A DNA stretch of 64,000 nucleotides, taken from positions 372,707-436,706 of the forward strand of contig NMRA01000118.1 in the NCBI GenBank assembly GCA_002633005.1, given 5' to 3'. Shown here piece by piece: positions 12,803 through 24,422 of this stretch. The position numbers were made by a program, and so were the translations under genes. The DNA comes from Phoronis australis. Taxonomy: Eukaryota > Animalia > Phoronida. The first letter of the stretch is position 1. The number at the start of each line of letters is the position of its first letter. The notes below the pieces were generated by a model. It did not search any database and was not told where the DNA came from. It saw only the letters and a list, made by a program, of their open reading frames with translations.

Positions 12803-14930
12803 GAATCCATGTCACTATAATAACAAAAATATACAAGCATTCAAAACATTTTGGCAATTATTTCTTCTCCACACTTTACAGTAATATCTCTCCATTTATG
12901 AATGAATATGACTAAGGCAGAGACTAGAAGCTTGCTGATCATTATACTAAAAACAATAACTTAACTGGGAGTATTCTTTTCATTTCCATTTCTCTGGCGT
13001 GTATGACCAGACACCAAAGTTAATCTGGTAACTGCAAGAGAAGTGAGATTGCAAAATAAGTTTGTACTCAGCAATGAAATAAGAGGATGCCCTAAGGGGA
13101 TGGGGGGATAGTCCAGCTGCATTTTTAAGGAAAACCATTTAGTCCATAAAGACAGCACCCTGCAACATTTATTTTTTGGGGCACCTCCCCTATATCCACC
13201 TATGCACAGTTCATTACCTTTTTGAGTAACCTTTCTTTAAGTTAAAAACAAAAATGGCATAAAAGTGGATCTTCATTTTCTCAAATTAGCTGTCAGAGTT
13301 AACAGTGTATCTAAAGAATCTTAAATCGTAACTATACATGGTTCATATTGCCCTACTTTTTCAAAGCAATAAATGGTAAACGTCTGGGTTATTGTAGCAA
13401 AAGTAGTAAGTCTATGCAATAATACTCACAATAATTCATGAAAGTTACCATGCAAATGCAAACCTAACCTACCACCTGTTCAGGGCCAAGTTTTCTCCTG
13501 GAAGTGTTAAATAAGTTTCGGCTAATGCCAGCACACTAGTAATACAGCCCAATTTGTCAGCTGAATAGCAGCTACGGGATTTCCATACATTAGCCCATGG
13601 GCGGGTATTTAGAAGAATAAAATTTTCAGGTGTTTTAGTAACACCAAATAAACTTCTGGGCATTTATTCCAAAAAGGGGGTGTGTAAATGGAAAGTCACA
13701 GTTTTGCTGACTTTGACATTTTTACTTAAAACTGTAGTTTTAAATTTTATGTTAATAAATGCATACGGTAGTTCACCAACACCTTGTTCCTTTTTAGAAA
13801 TGATAAATGGTAACAAAATTGAATTTGTGAGAAAAAGTTGAAGCTGAGTGGGCTTTTAAGAGGAAATTTTTCGAATAAACCCCCACTACCTGGACACTTG
13901 ACACCGGCAGATGTTACACCAAATAAACGCTCATGGGTGTTTCTTCGGCATAATTTTCCGAATAAATGCCCATGGGCGTTTCATCGGGTGTGTTTATCTA
14001 TGGAAAATCCCAGTAATATGCACCTTGGGTTTCTGTCTCAGTTGACCTTTAGTAAGGAAACATGAGTCACAACACCATGACAGAGGGTGTCTAACACAAA
14101 ATGGTTTCATAAGCCTCAAGAGAAAATTTGGCTATGTTTAAAGACTATGAAATATTTCAATCATTACTGACTCAAGACTTGTTATTAGCAGTCGCAACGA
14201 TTCAGCAGGCCAACAATGACAGGAAATGATCGATCATGATCAAAACACTACGAGATAATGGGACCACTAGTAGCAAGTCTCAAAGTAATTCTTATTTACT
14301 AAGGAAAACAAATTGGTGCTTCACAAACACACTAAAATTAAGTTTTATCAGTCACTAAGTCAATGAATGAAGATGGATGGAACTTTTTCACTAAAAGACA
14401 GATTGTCAACAGTTCTAGCTCACATGGTTCTAGACTACGCTGAAACCTATTTTGAACAACAATTGCCTTTTTCATTTTCCAAGAGTTTCTAATCTATGAG
14501 TGAATACAACTCTTAGAAATACTGTCTAATGGTAACTATGGAACAGAATGGTAAGCATTAATTTTGTTAAATTTATCTCCTATTTAAAAAGACAGAAAAT
14601 ATAATTTAACCAGTCCGCCATAGTGTGGCAGTCTTAAAGTGGTGAAACACAGCTAATGTAGCTCACAACACATGTATGAGTGTACCAAAAATGTAATCAC
14701 ACTTCAGTACAACACTGTATGAGAGTTCAAATTCAGTTCCCAACTATTGGACTCTATGCCTGTACCGACTGTAAGATTACACCTTGCTGTGACAAGAAGC
14801 ATGTGAGCCATTGAATGCTCTGTATGCACAGGATTACAGTAATGATTAAGTTCTTGACATTTGAATAATGAGTACACGTTATGGGACACCCTGTATAATC
14901 AACAATAAGAAGCAGATCTTTGGAATGAGA

Positions 14931-15698
14931 TCAATCTCCTTCATGCATTTCCACACCATGGAACCAGTTGGGCCCCTGTGAAGTCAGTGGTTGCCTATTG
15001 TGCACAGTTGAAGTACTCAGATACCATACATCGCGGTAGCTGTGCTCTGTGATGAGTATTGAAGAGACTAGTTCATTGTTGTCATGACCTGACGATGAGC
15101 TCATTGAGGACGAGACGAGGTGGCAGCCGGAGTTATACAAGAAATCGGCAAGTTTCACTCTCATTACACTCTTGGCAACTTCAACCTCTGTGTAATCGCC
15201 GTCTTTCAATATCTGCAGCTTCTCAAGCTGACTGTCGGGCAAGACTCCCTCAGGCAACCTCTGCAATATGTATTTGTTACCTATGAGTATTGTTTTGATG
15301 CGCGAGTTTCTTGTTGGCATCGTGGCCGTGGAACCAGTTCTGACTTCTACCACTTCCAGCATGTATCCGTCTTTCATAAGTTGACTGTCACTATGCGATT
15401 TGAACTTTTCTATGGCATCAATGAGTGGCTGAATCTGGTAGAAATCTGCCTCGGACGAGAGCAAGTCAAATTCTGTGAAGTCAGTTGGTAATGTCAGCTG
15501 AGAACTACGGAGAAAGTTGAGTATATGTCTGAAGACGCTGCCATCTCTGTCAATGAAGTAGTGTCCATTAGCGTCCTTGGTGGTTGGTAGGCCATTACTA
15601 AACATGGCGCCCAGCATAGAGTCAGGGTAACGGGTCAGTGTGGCCCTAGTTGTAAGGTGAAGCAGGCCACCCACATTCAGGTGCACAAGTTCAGACAT
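14931..15698 (-). CDS. KCTD6: BTB/POZ (T1) domain protein, KCTD6/KCTD21-like, 255 aa, one coding exon
   Basis: LNVGG...TTRATLTRYPDSMLGAMF...YFIDRDG.VFRHILNFLR...EADFYQIQPL is the KCTD6/21 BTB signature. A splice acceptor (ttttttttgtttgcAG, 15712-15711) lies 12 nt upstream of the ATG at 15698, so exon 1 is non-coding. Confidence 0.92.
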   Translation of the reverse strand: MSELVHLNVGGLLHLTTRATLTRYPDSMLGAMFSNGLPTTKDANGHYFIDRDGSVFRHILNFLRSSQLTLPTDFTEFDLLSSEADFYQIQPLIDAIEKFKSHSDSQLMKDGYMLEVVEVRTGSTATMPTRNSRIKTILIGNKYILQRLPEGVLPDSQLEKLQILKDGDYTEVEVAKSVMRVKLADFLYNSGCHLVSSSMSSSSGHDNNELVSSILITEHSYRDVWYLSTSTVHNRQPLTSQGPNWFHGVEMHEGD

Positions 15699-15899
15699 AG
15701 AGGTAAGTTGCTGCAAACAAAAAAAAAGTGTAAGTTGTAGTGAGACTAGATAAGGATTTTGATCATTTAACCTTAAAGATAACCACAGACACATTTTACT
15801 GTTACATCATAGGGTCATTAACACAAGAATTTCATGGCGACATCAACATTTCACCTGGTATGGGCCCTCACTCAATAAGCATAAAGTAAAAACTGTGTC

Positions 15900-16400
15900 G
15901 CATAAAGGAAAGTGAGAGTTCAAAGGTGTGGTCATTATACCACATGTCAATGGCACGTCAGAAGCCTTCAGCAGGTGCTTCAAAAACAAATTTTGATGTC
16001 ACCATGAAACTGTACACCACTATCAAAAAACTGTTGGTTCACCCTAAGGTCAAACGTGAAATAGATGAAGTCAGTGAAGCATTATTACAAAATCCTTGGT
16101 GCTTCATGTGACGGTATGTAACGTGAAACATCTTGAAATTTTGGTTATCGCCTTATGGAACATAAAAAAGAAGCAAGATACCATCTGTGCAAAAAAGGTT
16201 TTCACCAGTTGCATGAGGAAAGTTTTGATGAGCCTGTCCAATAAATCTGCCATCACTGATCATATAGTGAAAGAAAACAATGTGAGAAACTGGGAGAACA
16301 ACAGCTTAGTATGTCAAAAGGCCAATGACTATGAACACAAAATACGAGTCAATCACTATTAAGGAATATGGCTACCAATCAGCAGCCATGAAAAAATTCT
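15900..16400 (+). mobile_element. Decayed Penelope-like element (GIY-YIG endonuclease region)
   Basis: Fragments TIKKLLVHPK.K and NKSAITDHIVKENNVRNWEN...EHKIR match Penelope HPKDK and KSA..EH...NH.IDW motifs, interrupted by frameshifts. Confidence 0.7.
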
Positions 16401-18128
16401 AGAGGTACTTCTCATTTTCTATTGGATGGCTAGTATGAAGCTGATTCAAGACCGCTCAAGTCAATAATTATTTCTTCTGTTGGTGAATAAGCTATGGCAA
16501 CAGGGGCAGTGGGTGTCAAGGGTGTTACACACCCAACCCCCCAATAATTTTCAATTTAGAAGCGGGTAAAAGCAGAAAAATTAGGATAACAGCAGAAAAA
16601 TTGGGCGCAAACAGTTCTATTTAAATATTAAAGTTTAAAAATTATGCAAAAGCTTGCACTACGCAGACTTTTTCCCCATATGCACTTTATAATGTGGGTT
16701 TTGTTGGGTTTCTCTGTTCTGTTTTATTCGCCTCCCTCGAGAAGATGGACTGCATACAAAAATGATATCAATGGCTTACTGCCATGACCGTGAGAGCGCT
16801 TCTGTCTTGGGCACTAACACTCACGTGCCTTTCGATTTAAAATGCAACTTTGACCAACCTGTTCTCACAGTTACCAACTGAATGTCAACAAAATAGGTGT
16901 CACCGACGAGAAGTTCATTAACACGGAGGTAATGCATTGTTTCATAATCAACAGGATTTGTTACAAGTAAATAATAACAGGAATGTCATGCATTCTTAAT
17001 TAGTATGTTAAATTACATCCCATATGGTTGTAGATTGAGTTAGAGTTGTATTTATCATCTAACCAATGGTGGATTTGCTATTACTTTGTCATTGCAAGCA
17101 TCGTATGTAATTTAAATTTACATATAACATATCTTAACATCCCAACATTAAGAAGTTGCTGATAAACAACCTACAAGAACCTGCTACAAAGCAGCAGGGT
17201 AATTATCGCAAAAGAATAAAATGCTGTGTCTATAGAAAAGAAATGAATGGATACAACTTCCCCAAGCACAATGCTGTAAAGCATAATTTGTGAGTGACGG
17301 CGAAACTGTAACTAGAACAATCTCACAGACCTTGAATTTTCCCAAGGTGTGACAAAATATATTCTCACTGTGTCAGTCCAATTTGTGCCTTGACTGATTG
17401 TATCCAATTTCGTACAGCTTGACCAAAGTCGAAGTTACCTGTCCCATACATACCCTCCAAGGACATCAATCCAATACGTTCAGTGAACACTACGAAAACT
17501 ACATGATGGCCTCACCCAAAAAACGCAGCTGGCTCAAACCCAAAACATGATGGCTGGTGCTATAACCAATTCGCCAAAGATCAATCACGATGATCGGACT
17601 TCCTCAGAGACTGTCTCAAAGCATTCAAGTGGCATCTAATGTTTATTTTTGTACCCATTTGTTTTGTTCAAATCTGGAATTTGTTCAGCTATTCGGCATT
17701 GTGTTTGAGCACCAGCCAACCCGTTTTAAGTGTGGCCAACCATATTTTTGGGTGCGGTCACCTGGTTTTGAGGTCCTAGTCAACCTGTTTTAAGGTCCGA
17801 CCAACAAGTTACTATAGTCAGAACACCAGCCAGGGCTCGACATAATGACTTGCAGGTCGCTTCTGTGACCTGAAATTTGGAAATGCGAGCTGAGATTTTT
17901 GCCAGCTCGTATCAAATCGCAAAATTTGACCTGGAATTTCTAACATGTGCAAGCTGAGTTTTCATACTTCTCGGCAGATACTTGGCAATTGTAAAGCAAC
18001 TCGTGAGAATCCAACAGCACTAGCTGAGAACAGTCCTAAATGAAAGGATATACCAGCTTGGCTCTGTTAAGCACCCTGGTGCCAATGGTTAATTTAGTTG
18101 CTTTCCCATAGAAAATAGTAGGATTTAA

Positions 18129-18969
18129 AGGCGAAGGCAACCTTTTTTCATGTCATTTTGAGCTAAAATAAGATTGGTTGGTTATCCTAGACATTTTTTA
18201 TTTTCCACTTAATTACAGCTTTTCGTAATTTTGTTAATTACTCGTCAGCTACTCCGGAAGTGACGTTTTAGGAGGCAAGCATTTCGCGCCAATTTCTTTT
18301 CGTATAGTCTGACTGTGAGAGCTGCCGACTCAGTCATTGTTCTACCTCGGTTGTGTTCAGTTCCGTCGTCGTTTGCTTTCATTTTCTAGTCAGTCAACAT
18401 GCCACACTGTTGCTGCGTACCGGGATGTACTAATTATCGTCTCACGCGCGCTTTGGGAGTACCTTTGCATCGCTTTCCGATGGATGACACACTTCACCGT
18501 ACTTGTGAAGAATGCAGCATTACCAGTCCACGCAACGTACAAAGCAGGCGAGAATTACCGTGTGTGTGGCAAACACTTTCTGCCGTCCGATTACGAAAGG
18601 GATTTCTACGCTGAACTGATGAAGGTCCCTGAAGCAGGATGCCATTCCGTCTGTGTTGATTCCCGGCAGTGCCCCGTCGCCACCCCCGAGATGTGCGTTT
18701 TTGAAGCGAGAAACCTCGCGAGCTGTGGCCAGTACAGTGACTGGAGCGAGTGGAGGCACTTCATCTACTGTCACCCGTGCCTCCGAACGTACCCCAGAGC
18801 GTGCCATTCCTGGAACCAGTAATGATTCGCCCTGTGCTGTTTTCTCCAGCCCAGAACCTCTAAGCAGCCCTGCAGCGATATTGAGTAGTGGAAGTGATTA
18901 CAGGCCCAGTTCGACACCCAGTGAAGAGGACAGTTCGTCGTCCAGTGAACAGATCGGTGAGCCAAACTT
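18129..18969 (+). mobile_element. Kolobok-type DNA transposon, left end plus THAP region, running into an assembly gap
   Basis: TTAA|AGGCGAAGGCAACC terminus. THAP motifs MPHCCCVPGCTN..LHRFP / YRVCGKHF / LKQDAIPSV lie in three frames, followed by a Ser-rich linker. Confidence 0.8.
18399..18969 (+). pseudogene. Frameshifted THAP-domain transposase N-terminus
   Basis: C2CH THAP motif and an AIPS box, split by two frameshifts (near 18505 and 18628). Confidence 0.8.
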
Positions 18970-19185
18970 NNNNNNNNNNNNNNNNNNNNNNNNNNNNNNN
19001 NNNNNNNNNNNNNNNNNNNNNNNNNNNNNNNNNNNNNNNNNNNNNNNNNNNNNNNNNNNNNNNNNNNNNNNNNNNNNNNNNNNNNNNNNNNNNNNNNNNN
19101 NNNNNNNNNNNNNNNNNNNNNNNNNNNNNNNNNNNNNNNNNNNNNNNNNNNNNNNNNNNNNNNNNNNNNNNNNNNNNNNNNNNNN
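18970..19185. other. Assembly gap (N run); smaller gaps at 25270, 51095-51106 and 61721
   Basis: N characters. Confidence 0.99.
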
Positions 19186-20386
19186 TCGATGTTCCCTAGG
19201 CCCGATGTTCCTAATGCCCGCAACCAGCAACTGGAACTTAACGGGTAGATGCGAAATTGTAGTTAGCAAACTTTTTATTCTTCTCTCCATGAACCGAGCA
19301 ATTAAAAACAAAATTATTCTGGATAGCTAAAAAGGATACAGTGTAAGTGGTAACGATAGCCACAAAGCCACCCCTACAAGATGGAGTTTGCCTCACAAAA
19401 TCGTATTATAGTAGCATTTCTTACTATTGCAGTCTTTCAATATCTTATTACCACAAACACTCAGGTTAACGATTATGCGCTTACTCCCTACCTTTGAAGT
19501 GTTTCATAATAAGCACTCACTGCTCTACTACGCATTCCCCTTTACTTTTTGAGAATTTCCAATTAAGCAATCACAATTCAGGTGCACTATAAACGACTGT
19601 GCGGGATTTGAAATTCACACGCAGGCTATGTAGTGAATCACTCTCATTTCAAAGCAACAACAACCTCAAGTTTTCAAAAATCGCCTTTTCTCAATATGTA
19701 AGAACCAAACCAAGCCTTGTTTTATACTTTCGAAAGAGAGTTAACATGCGTGTTGTTTTGTGACTGACCCATTTCCACACACATGGAAGGTATTGAGGAG
19801 AAAACTTGAAGTACCCGATGGAAACTTTCACGGAGTCTGGAATTATTTCAAGGCTTCATGGAAACCTAATTGTGAGTAGTACACGTAAAAAGCAAAAAAT
19901 CCCAAATTTTAGTTGTAAAATTTGCACTGAATTGTTCCCGCACATCCGAATACGTCGTTTGGCTAGAGCAATGCTTCACAGACTTTTTTCCATAGGATGT
20001 TTTTCAAACGTCATGTTCAGTTGCAATTAAGTTTGGGCTGCCAACAAAAAAAATGGAGGGAGTTTGCACTAAGAGTTAGTTTGGAATTTTAAGGACTTCG
20101 ATGAGTCATATAGCATGTCAGAAAATGGCGAACACTTTTTCTACGGGTGTTTTTTGCCTTTTCAAATTGCAAAATTAACTCAAATGCACGTGTCCGTTAG
20201 AGAGTGATTCAACTTTGACATTGGCAACTCAAGTCTTGCGCTGCAGAGAATCACTAAAAAAGCGACCGTGAAGAAAAGTAATGCCGTACATACATGTAAT
20301 AACTCAATTTGCACCTGAAATTTGTGAATATTTAAATATGTAGGTAAGAGCATAATCTAAACATTTCCTCAATGATCTAAAATTAA

Positions 20387-21630
20387 ACAAGAGCAATGCG
20401 GAGCGTTGAAATGTGCCCACGAATGCATTGCACATGGTGTGCTTTTAGAGTTATTTATTTGTATCATAAAAATGGCCCAGATGGCACAAAACATACAATC
20501 CATCCAAAAACAGGAAAATGCCATATTACATAAAAATCTGTCAAGGAACTTCAGAGAAAGAAAGGAAAATGGAATAAAATGAAATTGCCACTAGTGGGCA
20601 CAGTGTCCGTTGGATCAGCCTGAAAGTCGTCATCGTCTGTTACCTTCATATAAATACACTTCTTACTAAATTTAATAAAGATCCTGCAGTGGGCTTAGGA
20701 GATACAACTATGGACGCAAAATAAAACAACCACTAGGAGGCGCAACAGTAGTCAGAGTAGTCAGTCACCATCATCAAAGGTCGCCTTCACACTGAGAACA
20801 TATATGCCAATTTTCAAATGATTTCGTTGATACAGGGGTGGACACTAAAAACAAGATTTGAAAAACTCAAAAATGGCCACTAGGTGGTGCAAAATACCTT
20901 GATTTCATCCAAAAACAGGAAGATAGCGTCATCACACTAAAAGATGCCTATATTTAGAATTTTACGAAAATCTGTTGAGGACCTTTGAAGATACTGAGTT
21001 AAACATAAAAAACTATAATTGCCACTAGGGGGCACAGCAGTATTCAGATCTGCCCGAAAGTTGTCATCATCCGTAGTCATCATACAAATACACTTGCTAA
21101 ATTAAGTAAAGATCCTGCGAACGGTTTAGGAGATACAGCCATAGACGCAACAAAAACAAAACTGCCGCTAGGAGGCGCCACAGAAGTTGAAATTGACGGA
21201 AAATCATCGTCAACTGTCTTCTTCATAGTAAGCACATACATTTTAATTTTCACAATCATCCTTTGAGCGGTTTGGTTGATAGAGAGGTGGACTCGAAAAC
21301 AGTAAAAATGGCCACTAGGTGGCGCAAACTACGTCGAATCCACCCAGAATTGGAAGGATAGCATCATCTCACTAATAGGTGCGTACATACTAAATTTCAT
21401 GAAAATCCGTACAGGATTTTTGAAGATACAAAGGTAAGCGTAAAAAAATAAAATTGCCACTAGGGGGCACACCGGTAGTCGGATCCATCCGAAAGTCGAT
21501 GGAACATATGTGCCAAATTTCATGAATGTAGTCAAAGGGTTTTGGAGATAGAGCAGCAGACGCCGGACGGACGCCACCCGGACGGACGGACGGCATAATG
21601 TGTCCACATACAAATATGACTGGCACATAA
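20387..21630 (+). mobile_element. Helentron/HINE-like non-autonomous element with ~145-bp tandem units
   Basis: ACAAGAGC start, internal tandem units, (GGAC)n microsatellite, terminal hairpin ATGTGTCCA-CATA-CAAA-TATG-AC-TGGCACAT. Duplicate at ~25437-26685. Confidence 0.65.
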
Positions 21631-22299
21631 ACAAGTGTTTTGATGCGTAAAAATGCGGAAAATTTTCGAGACCTGGCATTTATGAATGCGCGCTGTATTT
21701 TGAAAATGCAAATTGTGACCTAGCGATTTTCAGAGCGTCGAGCTCTGCCAGCCATTGGGTTTTACAGTACCCCCAGCTGGTTTTAAAGTACGGGCTAGTG
21801 AGATAGCTAACTGGTTGCATGGCTGAACCACAGGTTTATCTGTTCCTCCATCACCACTGACGTTACTCACTTAGTCATCCAGAAATTCGTCTGCTTTAAC
21901 CAGCCACTTGGCGTATGATTGAAGACGATCGTAAATAGTATACACTATACAGCTTTGCGACAAGGCTTTGTCTTAGCCTTTGGTGCAAAGCTGTAAGCCA
22001 GACAGTAGTGAGCATCTTCTTGAACGAAACGCTTGAATATGCGCGCACCCAGCCTTTAATATGAGGGGGGAGGCTCGAATCTCTGACAAAGTGGACGTTT
22101 TGCTAACAAAAAAGCGGGAGGACTAAAAAAACGGGATATCACCTTCACTTTCAGTTACACAGGTCTGTGAACTGTGCGTCTGCACTTTTTAAATTTAATG
22201 GACTTTTGTCGGACTTTTTTTCTCCGAGGCGGACCTTTTTACCCACTTCGCCAAATGAGGGAGCTCGTTCGAGCCTCTCGAGCCCCCCCCCCCACCGCT

Positions 22300-22945
22300 T
22301 GAAGTAGATGTTTACTTACGCAAGTTAAATTACCCACAGAAAACCATTCCTCGTCAAAACAGCTGAACCGGAAGTCAAAATTGAATACATGCGCAGTGCA
22401 ACTGATAACAAATTACATGTTGCATGTGATTGATGACATGTTTCGGACAACAGTTGTGTAGTAGTGCCTGTGGTGGCACTGTCTTTGTCCCAAATTGATG
22501 GATTTAACTTCAGTCTTCGCAACTTAACAATTTGCTGCAGTGTTTTGTAACTGCAACGAGTGCAACGTAGACCGTCGTAGGCGATATTTTGTTTTAGTGA
22601 GCAACAGAACTCGTAAGACTACTACACTGAGATTGTCCACTTCATTGTCACAGTTTTGTGTTCCAGTTTTCATCATAACCGGAGGTCGCCGTTTCTCAAT
22701 ACCTGGGGTTATCAAACAGTCAAACAGTAGACAGTAGGCCTGTGGCTGTGTACCAGTGCCCGTTGTTTGACTGATCATAGGTGTGTCTGTGCACAAAACT
22801 GCTCATAAGCGATAAGTGATAGGGAAGGTTAGTGCCGATCCCTAGTAACATGTAGCAGACCCAGCCTCCTTGGGTAACGTGAATGCTGGGAGTGAATAAG
22901 TGGAGCGGACAAGTAAAGCAAAAGTAAGTTGCCATGGTAATTTGC
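22300..22945. promoter_or_regulatory. Candidate bidirectional promoter and non-coding first exons for the KCTD gene (-) and kinase gene (+); duplicated at ~26740-27465
   Basis: Non-transposon sequence between the divergent genes. ETS CCGGAAGT at 22368, NRF1-like TGCGCA at 22390, minus-strand donor GTAAGT at 22319, plus-strand donor GTAAGT at 22924, X-box-like GTTGCCATGGTAAT at 22928. Confidence 0.4.
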
Positions 22946-23094
22946 GAGAATTTCCTATAGACACCAGCTTACAATGCTTACACGTACCAGGTAGCTGCTA
23001 AGGCCCTCGATCGCCTGAAGAGTGAAGGGCCTTCTCTGAGGGAAAGGTTCTTTGCTTTCTGGGCCAGGTATGCTGCTCCAAAACTCTACTCATC

Positions 23095-24422
23095 ATGGTG
23101 ACTTTTGTGTCCATAGCTGCATCTCCTAAACCCTCAGCAGGATCTTTATTGAATTTAGCAAGTGTATTTATATGAAGTTGACAACAGGCGATGACAACTT
23201 TCGGACAGATCTGACAAACGCTGTATCCCTAGTGGCGATTTCAGTATCTTTCTATTTAAGAAGCAACATGGTCCCGTTTTTGAATATATTCAATGTATTT
23301 TGCACCATCTAATGTCCATTTTTACTGTTTTCTAGTCTGTTTTTGGTGTCGGCCTCTCTATCAACCAGAGCACTCTAAAGTTGATTTTGAAAATTGACAT
23401 TTATATTCCCACTGTGAAGAGGATGGCTGTGGCGCCTCCTAGTGGCCATTTTTTGCATCTATGGCTGTATTTCTCAAATCCTCTGCAGGATCTTTGTTAA
23501 ATTTGGCAAGTGTATTTATTTCAAGTTGGCAACGGACAACGACGCCAAGTGGATGCATCCGACTACTGGTGTGCCTGCCTAGTCGCAATTTTACTTTTTT
23601 TCCTTGTCTTCTGTATCTGTTAGGCATCTGTTAATTAGTCGACAAGTTCGGTTTAAGGATAGATTTGTGAAATTTTTCAAAAAGGTCCGTTTTAAGGAGA
23701 CTCCAATGTCTTCTCATTCTCGCATTGAATTTGATGTTTTCTGTACCACTCACTGACCATTAAAAAAAGTGCATTTTTGACATCGCCCTCTCCATCCACC
23801 ACTTAAAGGATCATTATTAAAATTTGAAGATCTATGTGCGCCTGACGAGAAGACTTAGGCTGGCATTGGTTTTCGGACGTGTTTAACTACTCTGGCATCC
23901 CCTTTTGGCAATTTTATTTTTACGTTTGCCTGCACCAAGTAGTCGTTATTTTAAGTATTTTTGTCATCTGCTTCGGTATTTGTCGATCCACTCAGAGGAT
24001 TGTTATGAAAATTGGCAGATATGCTCCTACTGACAAGAGCATGTCTGCCGTGGATTTTCAAACGGATCTATTAACTGTGATGCCCCCTATTGACATTTTT
24101 ACGACTATCTCCTAAACCCCTTGCAAAACGTTTTTGGAATTTTGCAATTCTTTTCCTATTAACATGACTGCAGATGGACGGATTCGATTACCGCTGTGCT
24201 TTTTACGAGCAGTTTTTTCACATTTGCCGTCGTATCTTAATGGATTTTCGTAAATATGGCAAATAGTTTTGAGAGGCGACGACACCTTCCCAGTTTTGGA
24301 TTGGTTCAATGTATTGTGTGCCATCTAATGGTCATTTTTTATGCTAGAGATAAACACCCCTTGAAGCACACAGTTTCTGGTGCAGACGTGGGCGCATTTT
24401 AACGCTCCTGGTTGGTCTCTTT
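23095..24422 (-). mobile_element. Inverted, more diverged copy of the 145-bp-unit family (duplicate at ~27615-29012)
   Basis: Reverse-complement units (GCGCCTCCTAGTGG etc.) and the family end GGCGCATTTTAACGCTCC...CTCTTT. Confidence 0.65.

Noticed and set aside
15699-15794. N-terminal extension of the 287-aa KCTD ORF
   Set aside because: Most of it lies upstream of a strong splice acceptor and it begins at a non-ATG codon; it is intron plus 5' UTR
18653-19330. ORFs spanning the N gap
   Set aside because: Their length is an artefact of translating through Ns
20580-21480. CRISPR-like repeat/spacer reading of the periodic motif
   Set aside because: The intervening sequences are homologous to each other with a 3-unit period, there are no cas genes, and the context is eukaryotic
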